Shown here piece after piece: positions 24,999 through 36,221 of a stretch of DNA of 64,000 nucleotides. This DNA is from Malacoraja senta. Its lineage: Eukaryota. The stretch is from positions 5,334,001 to 5,398,000 of the forward strand of contig CM075996.1 of NCBI GenBank assembly GCA_038087875.1, in the 5' to 3' direction. The notes under the pieces were generated by a model, which searched no databases, had not been told where the DNA came from, and worked only from the letters and a program-made list of their open reading frames with translations. Position numbers and translations under genes: made by a program. Position 1 is the first letter of the stretch. The number at the start of each line of letters is the position of its first letter.

Positions 24999-25650
24999 GA
25001 ACGCTGGATGTTGAGGGGGACCCGACAGGGATATAAAATTATGAGGGGCAATAGATAGGGTAGACAGTCAGAACCTTTTACCCAGACTAAAAATATCAAG
25101 TACTAGAGGGCGTAGCTTTAGAGTGAGAAGGGCAAAGTTTAAAGGAGGTGTGCAGAGCTGGTCTTTAACACAGAGGGTGGTGAGTGAGGGCTTGGAATGC
25201 GCTGCCAGGAGTGGTGGTGGAGGCAGATACAATAGCGCTGTTTAAGAGACTGTTGGAATGACACATGGATATGCAGGATATACTATAGATTATGCTCAGG
25301 CAGATAAGAGTTGACCTTGGCATCATGGTCGGCCAGATATTGTGGGCCGAAGGATCTGTTGCTGTGCTGTACCATTCTATGTTTCACGTACATAACTACA
25401 GCAGCTCCTATAGTCTATTTTTTATATTTCTCACTAGTTGTGCTGGACCATGGTTCTGCTTGAGTTACCAACAATGAGATTCGCCAAGCATCATGCATTT
25501 ATATCTCACCTTCTGCACCCTCAGGATGTCCCAAGTAAACTGCATTTGTATATCACCTTTCACAACTTCAGGACTTTGCAAGCAGCTTGCATTTATATAT
25601 CATCTTCCGCATCTTTAAGATACCCCAAAAGCAACCTGCAATTATACTAT

Positions 25651-25875
25651 GTGTAGGAAGGAACTGCAGATGCTGGTTTACACCAAAGGTAAACACAAAT
25701 TGCTGGAGTAACTCAGCGGGCCAGGCTGTATCTCTGGAGTAATTGAATAGGTGACGTTTTGGGTCGAGACCCTTCTTCAGGCTGAAGAAGGGTCTCGACC
25801 CGAAACGTCACCTATTCCTTTTATCCAGAGATGCTGCCTGAACCATTGAGTTACTCCAGCATTTTGTGTCTATCT
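25651..25875. mobile_element. Inverted pair of Penelope-like pseudo-LTR fragments with hammerhead motifs
   Basis: Arms of about 90 bp symmetric about G25781: ...GAGACCCTTCTTCAG G CTGAAGAAGGGTCTC... Confidence 0.8.
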
Positions 25876-25914
25876 GCATTTAGACCATGCCTTTGAAAAA
25901 AACATGGCCTCAAC

Positions 25915-26480
25915 ACAATTGTGGGCAATTTTGGGCACCATATCTGTAGAAGGATGTGCTGGCTCTGGAAAGGCTCCAGAGGAGGTTTACAAGAATGATC
26001 CCAGGAATGAGTGAGTTAACATATGATGACCGTTTGAGGGCACCGGACCTGCACTCACTGGAGTTTCGAAGGATAAGGGGGGACCTCATTGAAACTTACC
26101 GAATATTGAAAGGCCTTGATAGAGTGGATGTGGAGAGGATGTTTCCACTAGTGGGAGAGTCAAGGACTAGAGGTCATAGCCCCAGAATTAAAGGACATTC
26201 CTTTAAGGAGATGAGGAGGAATTTCTTGAGTCAGAGGGTGGTGAATCTGTATAATTCTTTGCCACAGAAGACTGTGGAGGCCAAGTCAATGGATATTTCT
26301 AAGGCAGAGATAGATAGATTCTTGATTAGTACGGTTGTCAGGGGTTATGGGGAGAAGGCAGGAGAATGGGGTTTTCTGAGGGAACGATAGATCAGCCATG
26401 ATCGAATGGCGGAGTAGACTTGATGGGCCGAATGGCCTAATTCCGCCCCAATCACTTATGACCCCATGACCTTATGACAA
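25915..26480 (+). mobile_element. CR1-type LINE 3' fragment
   Basis: ORF 25956-26390 LERLQRRFTRMIPG...RGDLIETYRILKG...RRNFLSQRVVNLYNSLP. Confidence 0.88.
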
Positions 26481-27219
26481 CCATATCACATTGCATTGCT
26501 ATATTAAGGAAGATTTCCGTTCTCAGAACATACCAAGGTGCGTTAAATTTAATTGAAGCATACTGTATCTCTCATGTTATGTAAGAGAACAGAGAGGCCG
26601 ATTTCTGCTGAAACAGATCCTACAAGCTAAAAAAAAGGAGGTACACTTGATCCATTTTTACCAAGCAGTGAGACGTGCATAGACATTGCAGGTAACAGTA
26701 ATAACTTATTTATTTACCTTCGTATGTTGTCATTGCTATTCCAGTGACATTTCTTTTTTAGCTATCATTTAAATGGAGACAATTTTATTGTCAGTCTGAA
26801 GAAGGGCTTCGGCCTGAAACGTTGCCTATTTCCTTCGCTCCATAGATGCTGCCTCACCCGCTGAGTTTCTCCAGCATTTCTGTCTACCTTCTATTTTCCA
26901 GCATCTGCAGTTCCTTCTTAAAAATTGTATTTGTTTTTCGTTTTTGTATATCTTGGGAGCCGAGTATCTCACTGTAGGTCAGAATAGATATTTTGCTACT
27001 GAATTCTCCAAAAATCAACAAATAAAAATGAGTGTGTGAGAAAGAACTGCAGATGCTGGATAAAATCGAAGATCTCGGCCCGAAACCTCACCCATTCCTT
27101 CTCTCCATAGATGCTGCCTCACCCGCTGAGTTACTCCAGCATTTTGTGTCCACCTTTGAAATAAAAACGAGTGGTATTTCTTGAGGGTTAAATGTGGCAA
27201 AGGATGGTGGCAATTAGTC

Positions 27220-27360
27220 CCTTACCTTTCATTGAACACTGCCATGAACTTTCTTAAATCTACCTGAAAGATCAGACAAGGCCTTGGTTTAAGATCAATT
27301 CTGCAGTGCAGTGATCCCTCAGCACTATACTGAGATGCCAGCCTAGATTATACACTTGAC
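27220..27360 (-). mobile_element. Old Deu-domain SINE relic (SacSINE1/AmnSINE1-like)
   Basis: TGCCATG...CTACCTGAAAGATCAGACAAGGCCTTGGTTTAAG...CCCTCAGCACTATACTGAGATGCCAGCCTAGATT resembles the reverse complement of the Deu domain; similar relic at 60200-60390. Confidence 0.55.
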
Positions 27361-28012
27361 TCCCTGACATAGCACCACACCCAGTAACACAAAGACAGGA
27401 GTTCCACCATGGAGGAAAAAAATATGAGCCTAAAATTAAAACATAAGTAAAGGATTTGAAATGCAATTTACGTCTAAATGTATGCTTGATAATTTTGAGG
27501 CAGTTTTTTTGACTTGCGGTTTTGTTTCACCTTGGAGTTAGGTTCACATTCTACAACACTGTCATGTTGATCTTAATGGGATTAACTAAATACTGTGTGA
27601 GAAAGAACTGCAGATGCTGGATTAAATTGAAGGTAGACACAAAATGCTGGAGTAACTCAGCGGGTGAGGCAGCATCTATGGGGAGAAGGAATGGGCGATG
27701 CTTCTTCAGACTGACTAAATACTGACCGGTCTAAGTCTAAGGTACCCCAGTTACAGTACATTGGGTCGGTTAGGCCGATATTCACTGAAGTATTGAAGTA
27801 GGAGAGGGGATCTCAAAGAGACCTGTGAGGAGTTGGTGGTCTACATACACAGACTGACTGTTCCTCATGGCTGGGTTTACATAAAAAGCAGCCATAATGA
27901 TCAATGAGATGGGCTGTAGGCACATGGAGTCACACAGCACAGAAACAGGCCCCTCAGCCCAGCTTGTCCATGCTGACCAAGATGCCCCATCTAAGCTAGT
28001 TTGCCTACATTT

Positions 28013-28363
28013 AATAATGATAATAATAATGGATGGGATTTATATAGCGCCTTTCTAATACTCAAGGCGCTTTACATCGCATTATTCATTCACTCCTCAG
28101 TCACACTCGGTGATGGTGAGCTACTTCTGTAGCCACAGCTGCCCTGGGGCAGACTGACGGAAGCGTGGCTGCTAATCTGCGCCTACGGCCCCTCCGACCA
28201 CCACCAATCACTCACACACATTCACACACATTCACGCGCAGGCAAAGGTGGGTGAAGTGTCTTGCCCAAGGACACAACGACAGTATGCACTCCAAGCGGG
28301 ATTCGAACCGGCTACCTTCCGGTTGCCAGCCGAACACTTAGCCCATTGCGCCATCTGTCGTCC
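28013..28363 (-). mobile_element. Full-length tRNA-derived CORE-type SINE with L2-like tail
   Basis: Minus strand: A-box TGGCGCAATGG, B-box GGTTCGAATCC, CORE-like GTGTCCTTGGGCAAGACACTTCACCC, tail TGTAAAGCGCCTTGAG...AAAGGCGCTATATAAAT then (ATT)n; inserted into a CR1 tail. Confidence 0.8.
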
Positions 28364-29489
28364 TTGGCCCATTTGGCCCATAACGCTCTAAACCTTGCCC
28401 GCATTTGACCCATATCCTTCCATGTACCTGTCCAAGTCTGTTTGAAATGTTGCTATTGTATCTGCCTCAATTAACTCAGGAAGTAGGGTGGGAAGAAGTG
28501 TAGTCTAGATAGCTATGGTAGTCAGTGGGTTTGTAATAGATGTCAGTATTATATGAGGTGCTGTTCCTCCAATTTGTGCTGGGCCTCACTCTGACAATGG
28601 AGGAGGCTCCATTGAAAATTTCTTGTCCGATAACAATGTAAATTGTCCTAAGAGTGTAGGATAGTGCTGGGGGGCGGTGTGATCACTGGTCGGATCGGAC
28701 TCGGTGAGTTGAAGGGCCTGTTTCTACGCCATACCTCTAAACTAAACTAAACTGAAGTATGACAGGCACCTCAAGGTTGAGAACAGTGTTTTATGTACAC
28801 AGATTTTCCTTTCTATAATGAAGCAGGTGCCTGGTTGAAAAGGTAATGTCGGGGAAATAGATGATTTGAAATCAGATCTACTCCAACACTACAGATCAGT
28901 TTCCAATGCATTCTGTGCTGCAATGCAGCAAAATAAACTAGGGGAAAAAAAATCTTCATCAGTGAAGAATAATCAGTGGAAGTGGAATGATTCACGGACT
29001 AGAATTTACTCAAGGGGTTCAAACGGTTTATTTGTGCGTACATAGTTTCAAGAAGGCAATGAAGCAGTTTACAAAGAACCAAGGTATTCTGATCATTTAT
29101 ATCTAGACAGTGTAACACATATTCACAAGTGAATAGGGATTGGTAGAGATCTTGCAAAATAATTGGTGTTCTGGGCACGGGTCCAACAAAAGGCTTCAGG
29201 CCCAGAGTGTCCTGCGGCCCTTTGGCCCATCAGATCCATACCGAGCATTTCCCACCCACCTACACCAATCCCATTCTCATTGGGACCATATCCTTTCATG
29301 CCATATCCATTTATGTGTCTGGCTCGAAATGGCTCTTAAACACAGTAATTGATTGAAAGATACCAAAGGGAAACAGGCTCTTCAACCCACCAAGTCCACA
29401 TCAACCATCGATCACCCGTTCACACTAGTTCTATGTTACCCCAACATTTGCATCCACTCCAAACACACTAGGGGCAATTTACAGAATAA

Positions 29490-30034
29490 AGGGGCAGTCC
29501 CACAGCGGCGAGCTAAATGGTGAGTTTAGAAGAGTTTGCCCTCGACTCATACTCTCAGCATGGTCGATACGAGGTCCTAGGAGGTCTTTGCAACTCTCCT
29601 TCATGCTAGAGAGTAGTCCCCGCGTACTCGAGGCCTCAGCTAGATCGGGGCATATTCATCAACGTTGAAAAATGCCCAAGAATTAAAAAAAGGTCACCAT
29701 GGAAAAAATTGATATTTCTTTTTACTCATAGGTTTAGTCGTAGTAGGTCGTCGTAGGTCGGCATGTTATTCGTAGGTAATCGAGGATAGTCGAAGGTAAT
29801 CGAAGGTTGTCGAAGGTAGTCGTAGATAGTCTTCAACATAGTCGAAGGGAGGTCGAAGGAGATTGAAGGAGATCGGCTTCACTCTCCACTATTATGTGTC
29901 CAATTTTCCCGAAGCTAGTCAAAGCTAGTCTTCAACATAGTCGAAGGAGGTCGAAGGAGGTCTTCAACATTTTTTCAAACTCTCCTAAACTCTTCTAAAC
30001 TCGCCAATTAGGTCGCCGCAGTGGGACAGGCCCT
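29490..30034. mobile_element. PIF/Harbinger-like MITE with long TIRs and internal GTCGAAGG-type repeats
   Basis: AGGGGCAGTCCCACAGCGGCGA... and ...TCGCCGCAGTGGGACAGGCCCT imperfect TIRs of about 45 bp; flanked by TAA and TTA. Confidence 0.75.
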
Positions 30035-31175
30035 TTAATTTAACTCCCAAACCGCCACATCATTGGGATTGTTAATGAATCTACCATCTCCTCTTGTAAT
30101 AAGTTCCACTACCTGCACACAAAAATTCCCCCCCTATTTAACTTTAAAATGCCTTCCTCTCGCCTTTAACCTGTGCCCTCTTGTTTTTGATACCTCTTCC
30201 AAGGGAAATATATTTGGGGAGATTCGGAACTGGAGCGTTTCAGATTTGCAATAAGAAAGTTATTTTTCCCACAGGATTTTCAACAATAAAGATTTTTTTT
30301 TAATGCAATAAATTTATTTTTGTCATGCAGTCTAAAAATAATAAAAGCTGAATGTTACATTATCTAATGCAGTTTTGTTACATAAATGTCAATAGGAGCT
30401 TGTCAGTTTCAATGAACACTCGCAATTATAGTAGCTACTGTGTACTTAAGAGACAATGGTATCTGATTACTGCAAGGAACTTACATGGAAACAGTTTTCT
30501 AGACTGTTTAAATTGAAGACAGCTTTTTTTCTGCATGTCAATTTGCAAAGTAACTTTTAAGTGGTTCTCTCATTCCCTATTGAAATTGCATTATTACCAC
30601 TTTGGTCCGCATAATATAAATAGAGTTCCCAAATTCATCAGTCTGAAGAAGGGTCTCGAGGTAGGATGGTTCGGTTACCTGATAACAACTGGGAAGAAAC
30701 TCTCCCTGAATCTGGAGGTGTGCGTTTTCACACTTCTATACTTTTTGCGCGATGGTAGTGCAACTATTGTGGTCTATTCTGTGCAACTTTGCTGGATAAT
30801 ATTAGCACACCCACTCACCAAACTAACAGTGAATAAATATAACGATGAGGTATAAATTCTTGTCAAACTCTTGCAACCTTAAATATCGAACGTCAAGACC
30901 AGTGCAGTCTCTGGATTAAGAGTGGCCATAGATAATCGCAGTGAAGATATATCGCTCCTCGATTTGTCATGCATGGCGTCAGCTTTAAACCTTTCCCATT
31001 GTAAATTTGTTTGCCACAATTCACAATGGAAGCTGTCAGTGTGGCTAAACTCTCCCAGTGCCCGCGACATTGCAACCGTTACAAGATTGAGGGGGAGAGA
31101 CAGGAGCAAGTTGAGGGTGACACATTCACATGCTAAGCTTCCATTTTAAATGTGTACATAAGAATGTATAATTAA

Positions 31176-31571
31176 GGGTCTTCTCCGTGGATTGTCACCT
31201 TGTCGTGGTGGAGAAGCTTGTGTGGTCCTGAGATCCTGAGAGCGATGCCATCTGGAGCTATGCTCCTGGTAGGGCCACCCATGGCGGTAAGGTCGAGGGG
31301 AAGGACTCTGACAAAGAGCAATCCAACCAAAACCTCAACGGTGGAACAGGCGGAGGACGATGGCTGACCATAATGGAGCGCCACAAAGGCTGAGAAGGCA
31401 GAGGAAGGCTGCAGCAGAAAAGGGTCTCCAGTCGTCTTGGACTCCATGCCACTGGATCCTGACCCAGATCTGTCAAGGACCGTGGGGTGGCTGTCTGTGC
31501 ACCAGTCTCCGCACAGGCGTCCTCCATGAGAGGACAGTCATACTCGTTTCCAGTGACCATCCGTGATGATG
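31176..31571 (+). mobile_element. Short internally deleted Ingi/Vingi-type retroelement with 8-bp TSD and 5' HDV-like fold
   Basis: ATAATTAA at 31168-31175 and 31572-31579; (TGA)n tail; 5' end CTTCTCC...ACC-TTGTCGT-GGT-GGAGAAG. Confidence 0.7.
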
Positions 31572-32078
31572 ATAATTAATAGTGTGGGTGCTGGAAATAT
31601 AAGGGCCTAAAGCTTTCAATGCAGCTCCAATAACATTTGTTTCAGACATATAAATTTCTATCATTTTGACTTCCACATCATGACTTTCATGATCTTGTAG
31701 AGGTGCATAAAATCATGAGAGGAATAGATCGGGTAGATACACAGAATCTCTTGCTCAGAATAGGGGAATCGAGGACCAGAGGACATAGGTTCAAGGTGAA
31801 GGGGAAAAAGATTTAATAGATATCTGAGGCGTAACGTTTTCACACAAAGGGTGGTGGGTGTATGGAACAAGCTGCCAGAGGAGGTAGTTGAGGCTGGGAC
31901 CCAACGTTTAAGAAACAGTTAGACAAGTACATGGATTGGACAAGTTTGGAGGGATATGGACCAAACGCAAGCAGGTGGGACTAGTGTAGATGGGACATAT
32001 TGGCCGGTGTGGGCAAGTTGGGCCGAAGGGCCTGTTTCCACACTGTATCACTCTATGACAGTAGCATATAGAGCTGTA

Positions 32079-32338
32079 GACATGATATCCACCAGGATCT
32101 TTGGTCATTATACTTACCGTGCCCTGTGGACATTATATCTGTAAAGGCCACCAGAAATTATACCCACCGGGACCTATGGGACCTATTATATCCACCAAGA
32201 TATATGTGCACTGTATCTACCAATATCTATGGACATTATATCTAACAAGATCAATGAGTATTTTATTCACCAAGCTCCAATGGGCATTATATTCACCAGG
32301 ATCTATGAGAATTATTTCTAAGACCTATCAACATTCAC
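32079..32338. repeat. Degenerate minisatellite, unit about 24 bp (GGACATTATATCCACCAGGATCTAT-like), about 10 copies
   Basis: Recurrent ATTATA...CACCA.GATCTAT periodicity read directly. Confidence 0.7.
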
Positions 32339-32782
32339 AATGATTAAGATCGTGAAACAAGGAGTGAGCCAGTTGGACTTGTTCCACCATTCAATAAGCT
32401 TGTGCCTGACCTCTTACCTCAGCCCCACTCTCCTGCACTAACCCCTTAATATTTAAAACTCTACTGACCGCAGTCTTGAATATACTCCAACACTGAGCCT
32501 CCACAGCCCTCAGATGGAGGACGCCACAGATATCCTACCTTGGCAGAAGACATGTAGCAACAAGGAACTGCATATGTGAAGTTTCTTCCTAGCTATTATC
32601 AGGTGACTGAACCATCCTATCAACAACTAGAGAGTGGTCCAGAGCTACTATCTACCTCACTGGAGACCCTCAGACTATCTTTAATCGGTTTTTACTGGAC
32701 TTTATCTTGCACGGAATATTATTCCCTTTACCTTGTATTTTGGTAGGTGCTTGATTCGTAAGGGCGTCAAAGGTTACAGGAC

Positions 32783-34268
32783 GGTTACAGGCGATTGGCA
32801 GCCCCGCCAACAGTCTGTCTGTTTTTTCGTCTTTCTTTGTTATTTTCAGTGTGTTTTAAAAGTTTGTGTAAATGTTCTCTGGTTTGTTTTATGTGGGGGG
32901 TGGAGGAGGGGGTCGGGGGAAACTTTTTAATCAATCTCTTACCCTGCCGGAGATGCGATTGTTTATCCTGATCGTATCTCCGGTCGCTCTGCGGCCTAAC
33001 ATCGTGGAGCCGGAGGCCTGCTCGGGCTGACTGTGTGGGACGTGGACTTTTTTTTTGTTGTTGTCTCGTTTGAGTGTAGTTATAGTGTTTTTTTAAATTA
33101 AAAACTGGGTATGTGTGTGGGGGGGGGGGGGGGGGGTGGGGAAACTTTTAAAATCTTTTCCCTGTACGGGGGACCCGACCTTTTCTCTGTCGGGTCTCCG
33201 TTGTCGTTGGGGCCTAGCACCGTGGAGCGGCTTCAACCGGAACGACCTGGGGCTCCAGTCGCGGAGCCCGCGGACTACTCACCATCGCGGAGCTGGCCGA
33301 GTTCGGAACGGGAGGAGCTGTGGTGGCGCGCTGCTGCGGCCCGACCCCGGAGATTCGGAGGCTCCAGCCGCCGGCCCGGTGGACGGTGACATCGGGAGCT
33401 CGTGGGTCCCTGGTGGGAGACCGTTTTTCGGAGCTTCCGCAACGGCAGCTACTCCCGTCCAAGTTGCGGGGTTGAGGATGAGCTGGAGCAGGGCCTTACA
33501 TCGCCCGGCGCGGCTTTAATGGCCGTGGGATTGGCTGGTGCCCGCCGGGGGCTCCAACATCAAGACCCGGAGCGTGGCCTTGCATCGCCCGGCGCGGCTT
33601 TAATGGCCGCAGGACTTATTTACCATCGCCCGCCGGGGGCTTTGACTCTGACATCGGGAGGAGAATGGGGAGAGCAGGGGAGAGATATGACTTTGCCTTC
33701 CATCACAGTGAGGAGGAGATTCGCTGTGATGGATGTTTGTGTAAATTGTGTTGTGTCTTGGTTCTTCTACTTGTTTGTATGACTGCAGAAACTAAATTTC
33801 GTTTGAACCTCAATGAGGTTCAAATGACAACAAATAAATTGTATCATTGTATTGTATTATTGTATCATCGGAGCCGATCCCTTGCCTGGGATCGCTCCAA
33901 CCGCGGCCTGCGGACTTTACCATCGAGTGCTCGCAGTCTCGGGAGAGGCCGTAGATGTCGGGAGCTCCAACGATGCAGAAGGTTTGACCAGCCCCGACCC
34001 GAGGTTGATCGCTCAGCGCGGGGAGCTGACATCCCCCCGATGTAGGAGCTTGGTCACCCCGACGATCAGCCCAGGGCCCTGAAAACATTTTTTTTTCGCT
34101 TTCCATCACAGTGAGGAATGTGGGGGAGTCACTGTGGTGGATGTTTATGTTAAAATGTATTTTGTGTGTTCCATTGCTTTTTAATTGTATGACTGACTTG
34201 GCAAATGGAATTTCTCATATGTTACAAAACATACTTGGCTAATAAAGTATTATTGTATTGTATTATTG
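32783..34268 (+). mobile_element. GC/CpG-rich composite retro-insertion of unassigned family
   Basis: Interrupts a CR1 3'UTR; internal repeats CATCGCCCGGCGCGGCTTTAATGGCCG; two successive ends each with hairpin, AATAAA and (ATTGT)n at about 33830-33865 and 34240-34268. Confidence 0.6.
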
Positions 34269-35827
34269 GATTGAGAAGGCAGGAGAATGGGGTTGAGAGG
34301 GAAAAATAGATCAGAATGGCAGAGCAGATTCGATGGGCTGAACGGCCTAATACTGTTCCCCCTTGTTAATTAATAAAAGGATTACCAGAGAATGGAGAGA
34401 GAGAAAAATCTTCCTCAACGATCAGTGCAGTGGGGGTCTGGAACTCACTGTCTTAAAGGGGGCAAAAATACCCGCTCATTATAAAAAGCAGCTGGTAGAG
34501 CAGTAACCTGCAGAGCTAAGGACTAAAGACTAGGAACTAACAAACTGTGGCCAAGCAAGGGCTGAGTGGCCTTCTTCTATGCCTTAAATTTGGTGAAGAC
34601 AGATATGATAGTGGCGTTTAAGTGATTTTTCATGGGGTATGCAGGGATTGGAGGGATATGGATGCTGACTGGTTAGCATGCGACAAAACCTTTTCACTGT
34701 ACCTCAGTACATGTGACAATAAACTACACTGTGGATCATGTGCAGGCTGAGATTAACCTGGCATCATGTTCGGCATGCACAGTGTAGGCCAAAGGCCCGT
34801 GATCAGCCATGATTGAATACTTGAGGGAGTAGACTTGATGGGCCGAATGGCCTAATTCTGCTCCTAGAGCTTATGAATTTCTGAACTGTGCCTGTGCTGT
34901 ACTGTTCTATGTTCTATATAATCTCGGATTCAGATCAGTTTATTGTCATCAACACCAGAGTGCAATGAAATTCCTTGTTCACGGAGAAAACAGTGCACAT
35001 ACTTTAGTTCAGTTTATTGTGGGGGGATGTTTTTGTGTTGAACTTCTTTTTGAACACTATGTTGTATTTTTATTAGTGTGCTGCAAGGACATCTTAATTT
35101 CCCCTGAATAAGGGGATTAATAAAGTCTTATCTTATCTTATCTTATCTTGTTACGTGTGCCGAGGTAGAGTGAAAAGCATTTGTTGCGTGCTAACCAGCC
35201 AGCAGAAAGACAACACATGATTACAATCGATCCAGTTACAGTGTATAGATACATGTTTAAGAAGGAACTGCAGATGCTGGACAATCGAAGGTAGACAAAA
35301 ATGCTGGAGAAACTCAGCGGGTGAGGCAGCATCTATGGAGTGAAGGAAATAGGAGACGTTTTGGGTCGAGACCCTTCTTCAGACAGTGTATAGATACATG
35401 ATAAGGGAATAACATTTAGTGCAAGAAAAAGCCAGCAGAATGGTTCATTCGATCAAGGATGGTCCTAGGATTTATTAATAATATCAATAATAAATTAGTT
35501 GTCCATAATTATTATATAATTAATAATTAAATAACAAATTATTAATAATAATTATGACAATAAATACTGAGTGCAAAACAACAGTGGTGCAAAATTATTG
35601 TGCAAAAATAATATTAAAGTACAATAAATGTAGAGAGGTACATGGATAGGACATGTTTAGAGGGATATGGGCCAAATGCAAACAGGTTCAGTGCAGACAG
35701 GTTCAGTGGGACTAGTGTAGATGGGACGTGTGGGCTGGTGTGGACGTTGGGCCAAAGGGCCTGTTTCCATGCTGTAAGACTCTATGACTCTAATAATGGA
35801 ATAAGCTCATTAAGGTAGAGTTAAAAG

Positions 35828-36221
35828 CAAAGATCCTATAGCAAGCAAGATAGACCACTCCTCCTAAATGCAATGGGATGACGTGTAGGACGCAACGGAG
35901 CGGAACGTGGGCCTTTTTATCATCCATTTCAGTAACCCGACCCGACCCGATTCGCAGTGTAATCAGCGTTGCGGGGGAACAGTTTGTGTTAATAAATTAT
36001 AATTCTGAAAATAAGGAGAAGATTTTTCCCAAATAACTTTTATTTTTACGAGGATGTTTCCGTAACCGGCTTCCGTCTCCGCACTGGTATCCTATGGGAT
36101 CTTTGGTGCGGAGACGGAAGCCGGTTACGGAAATGGGGCAGAAAATTACCCATGAATCTGCCCATGCCCGTACTACGTCTTTTTCGTCGAGTGATCTATC
36201 TTGCTTGCTGTAGGACCTTTG
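35828..36221. mobile_element. MITE with 33-bp TIRs and 8-bp TSD (hAT- or P-like)
   Basis: GTTAAAAG at 35820-35827 and 36222-36229; CAAAGATCCTATAGCAAGCAAGATAGACCACTC versus GAGTGATCTATCTTGCTTGCTGTAGGACCTTTG. Confidence 0.85.

Noticed and set aside
33111..33782. GC-rich ORFs and CpG island as a gene
   Set aside because: Inside a retro-insertion interrupting a CR1 tail; long ORFs reflect high GC content.
35465..35630. AT-rich tract, and poly-G runs at about 5030, 33120 and 37445
   Set aside because: Low-complexity sequence with no further structure; homopolymer lengths may be unreliable.
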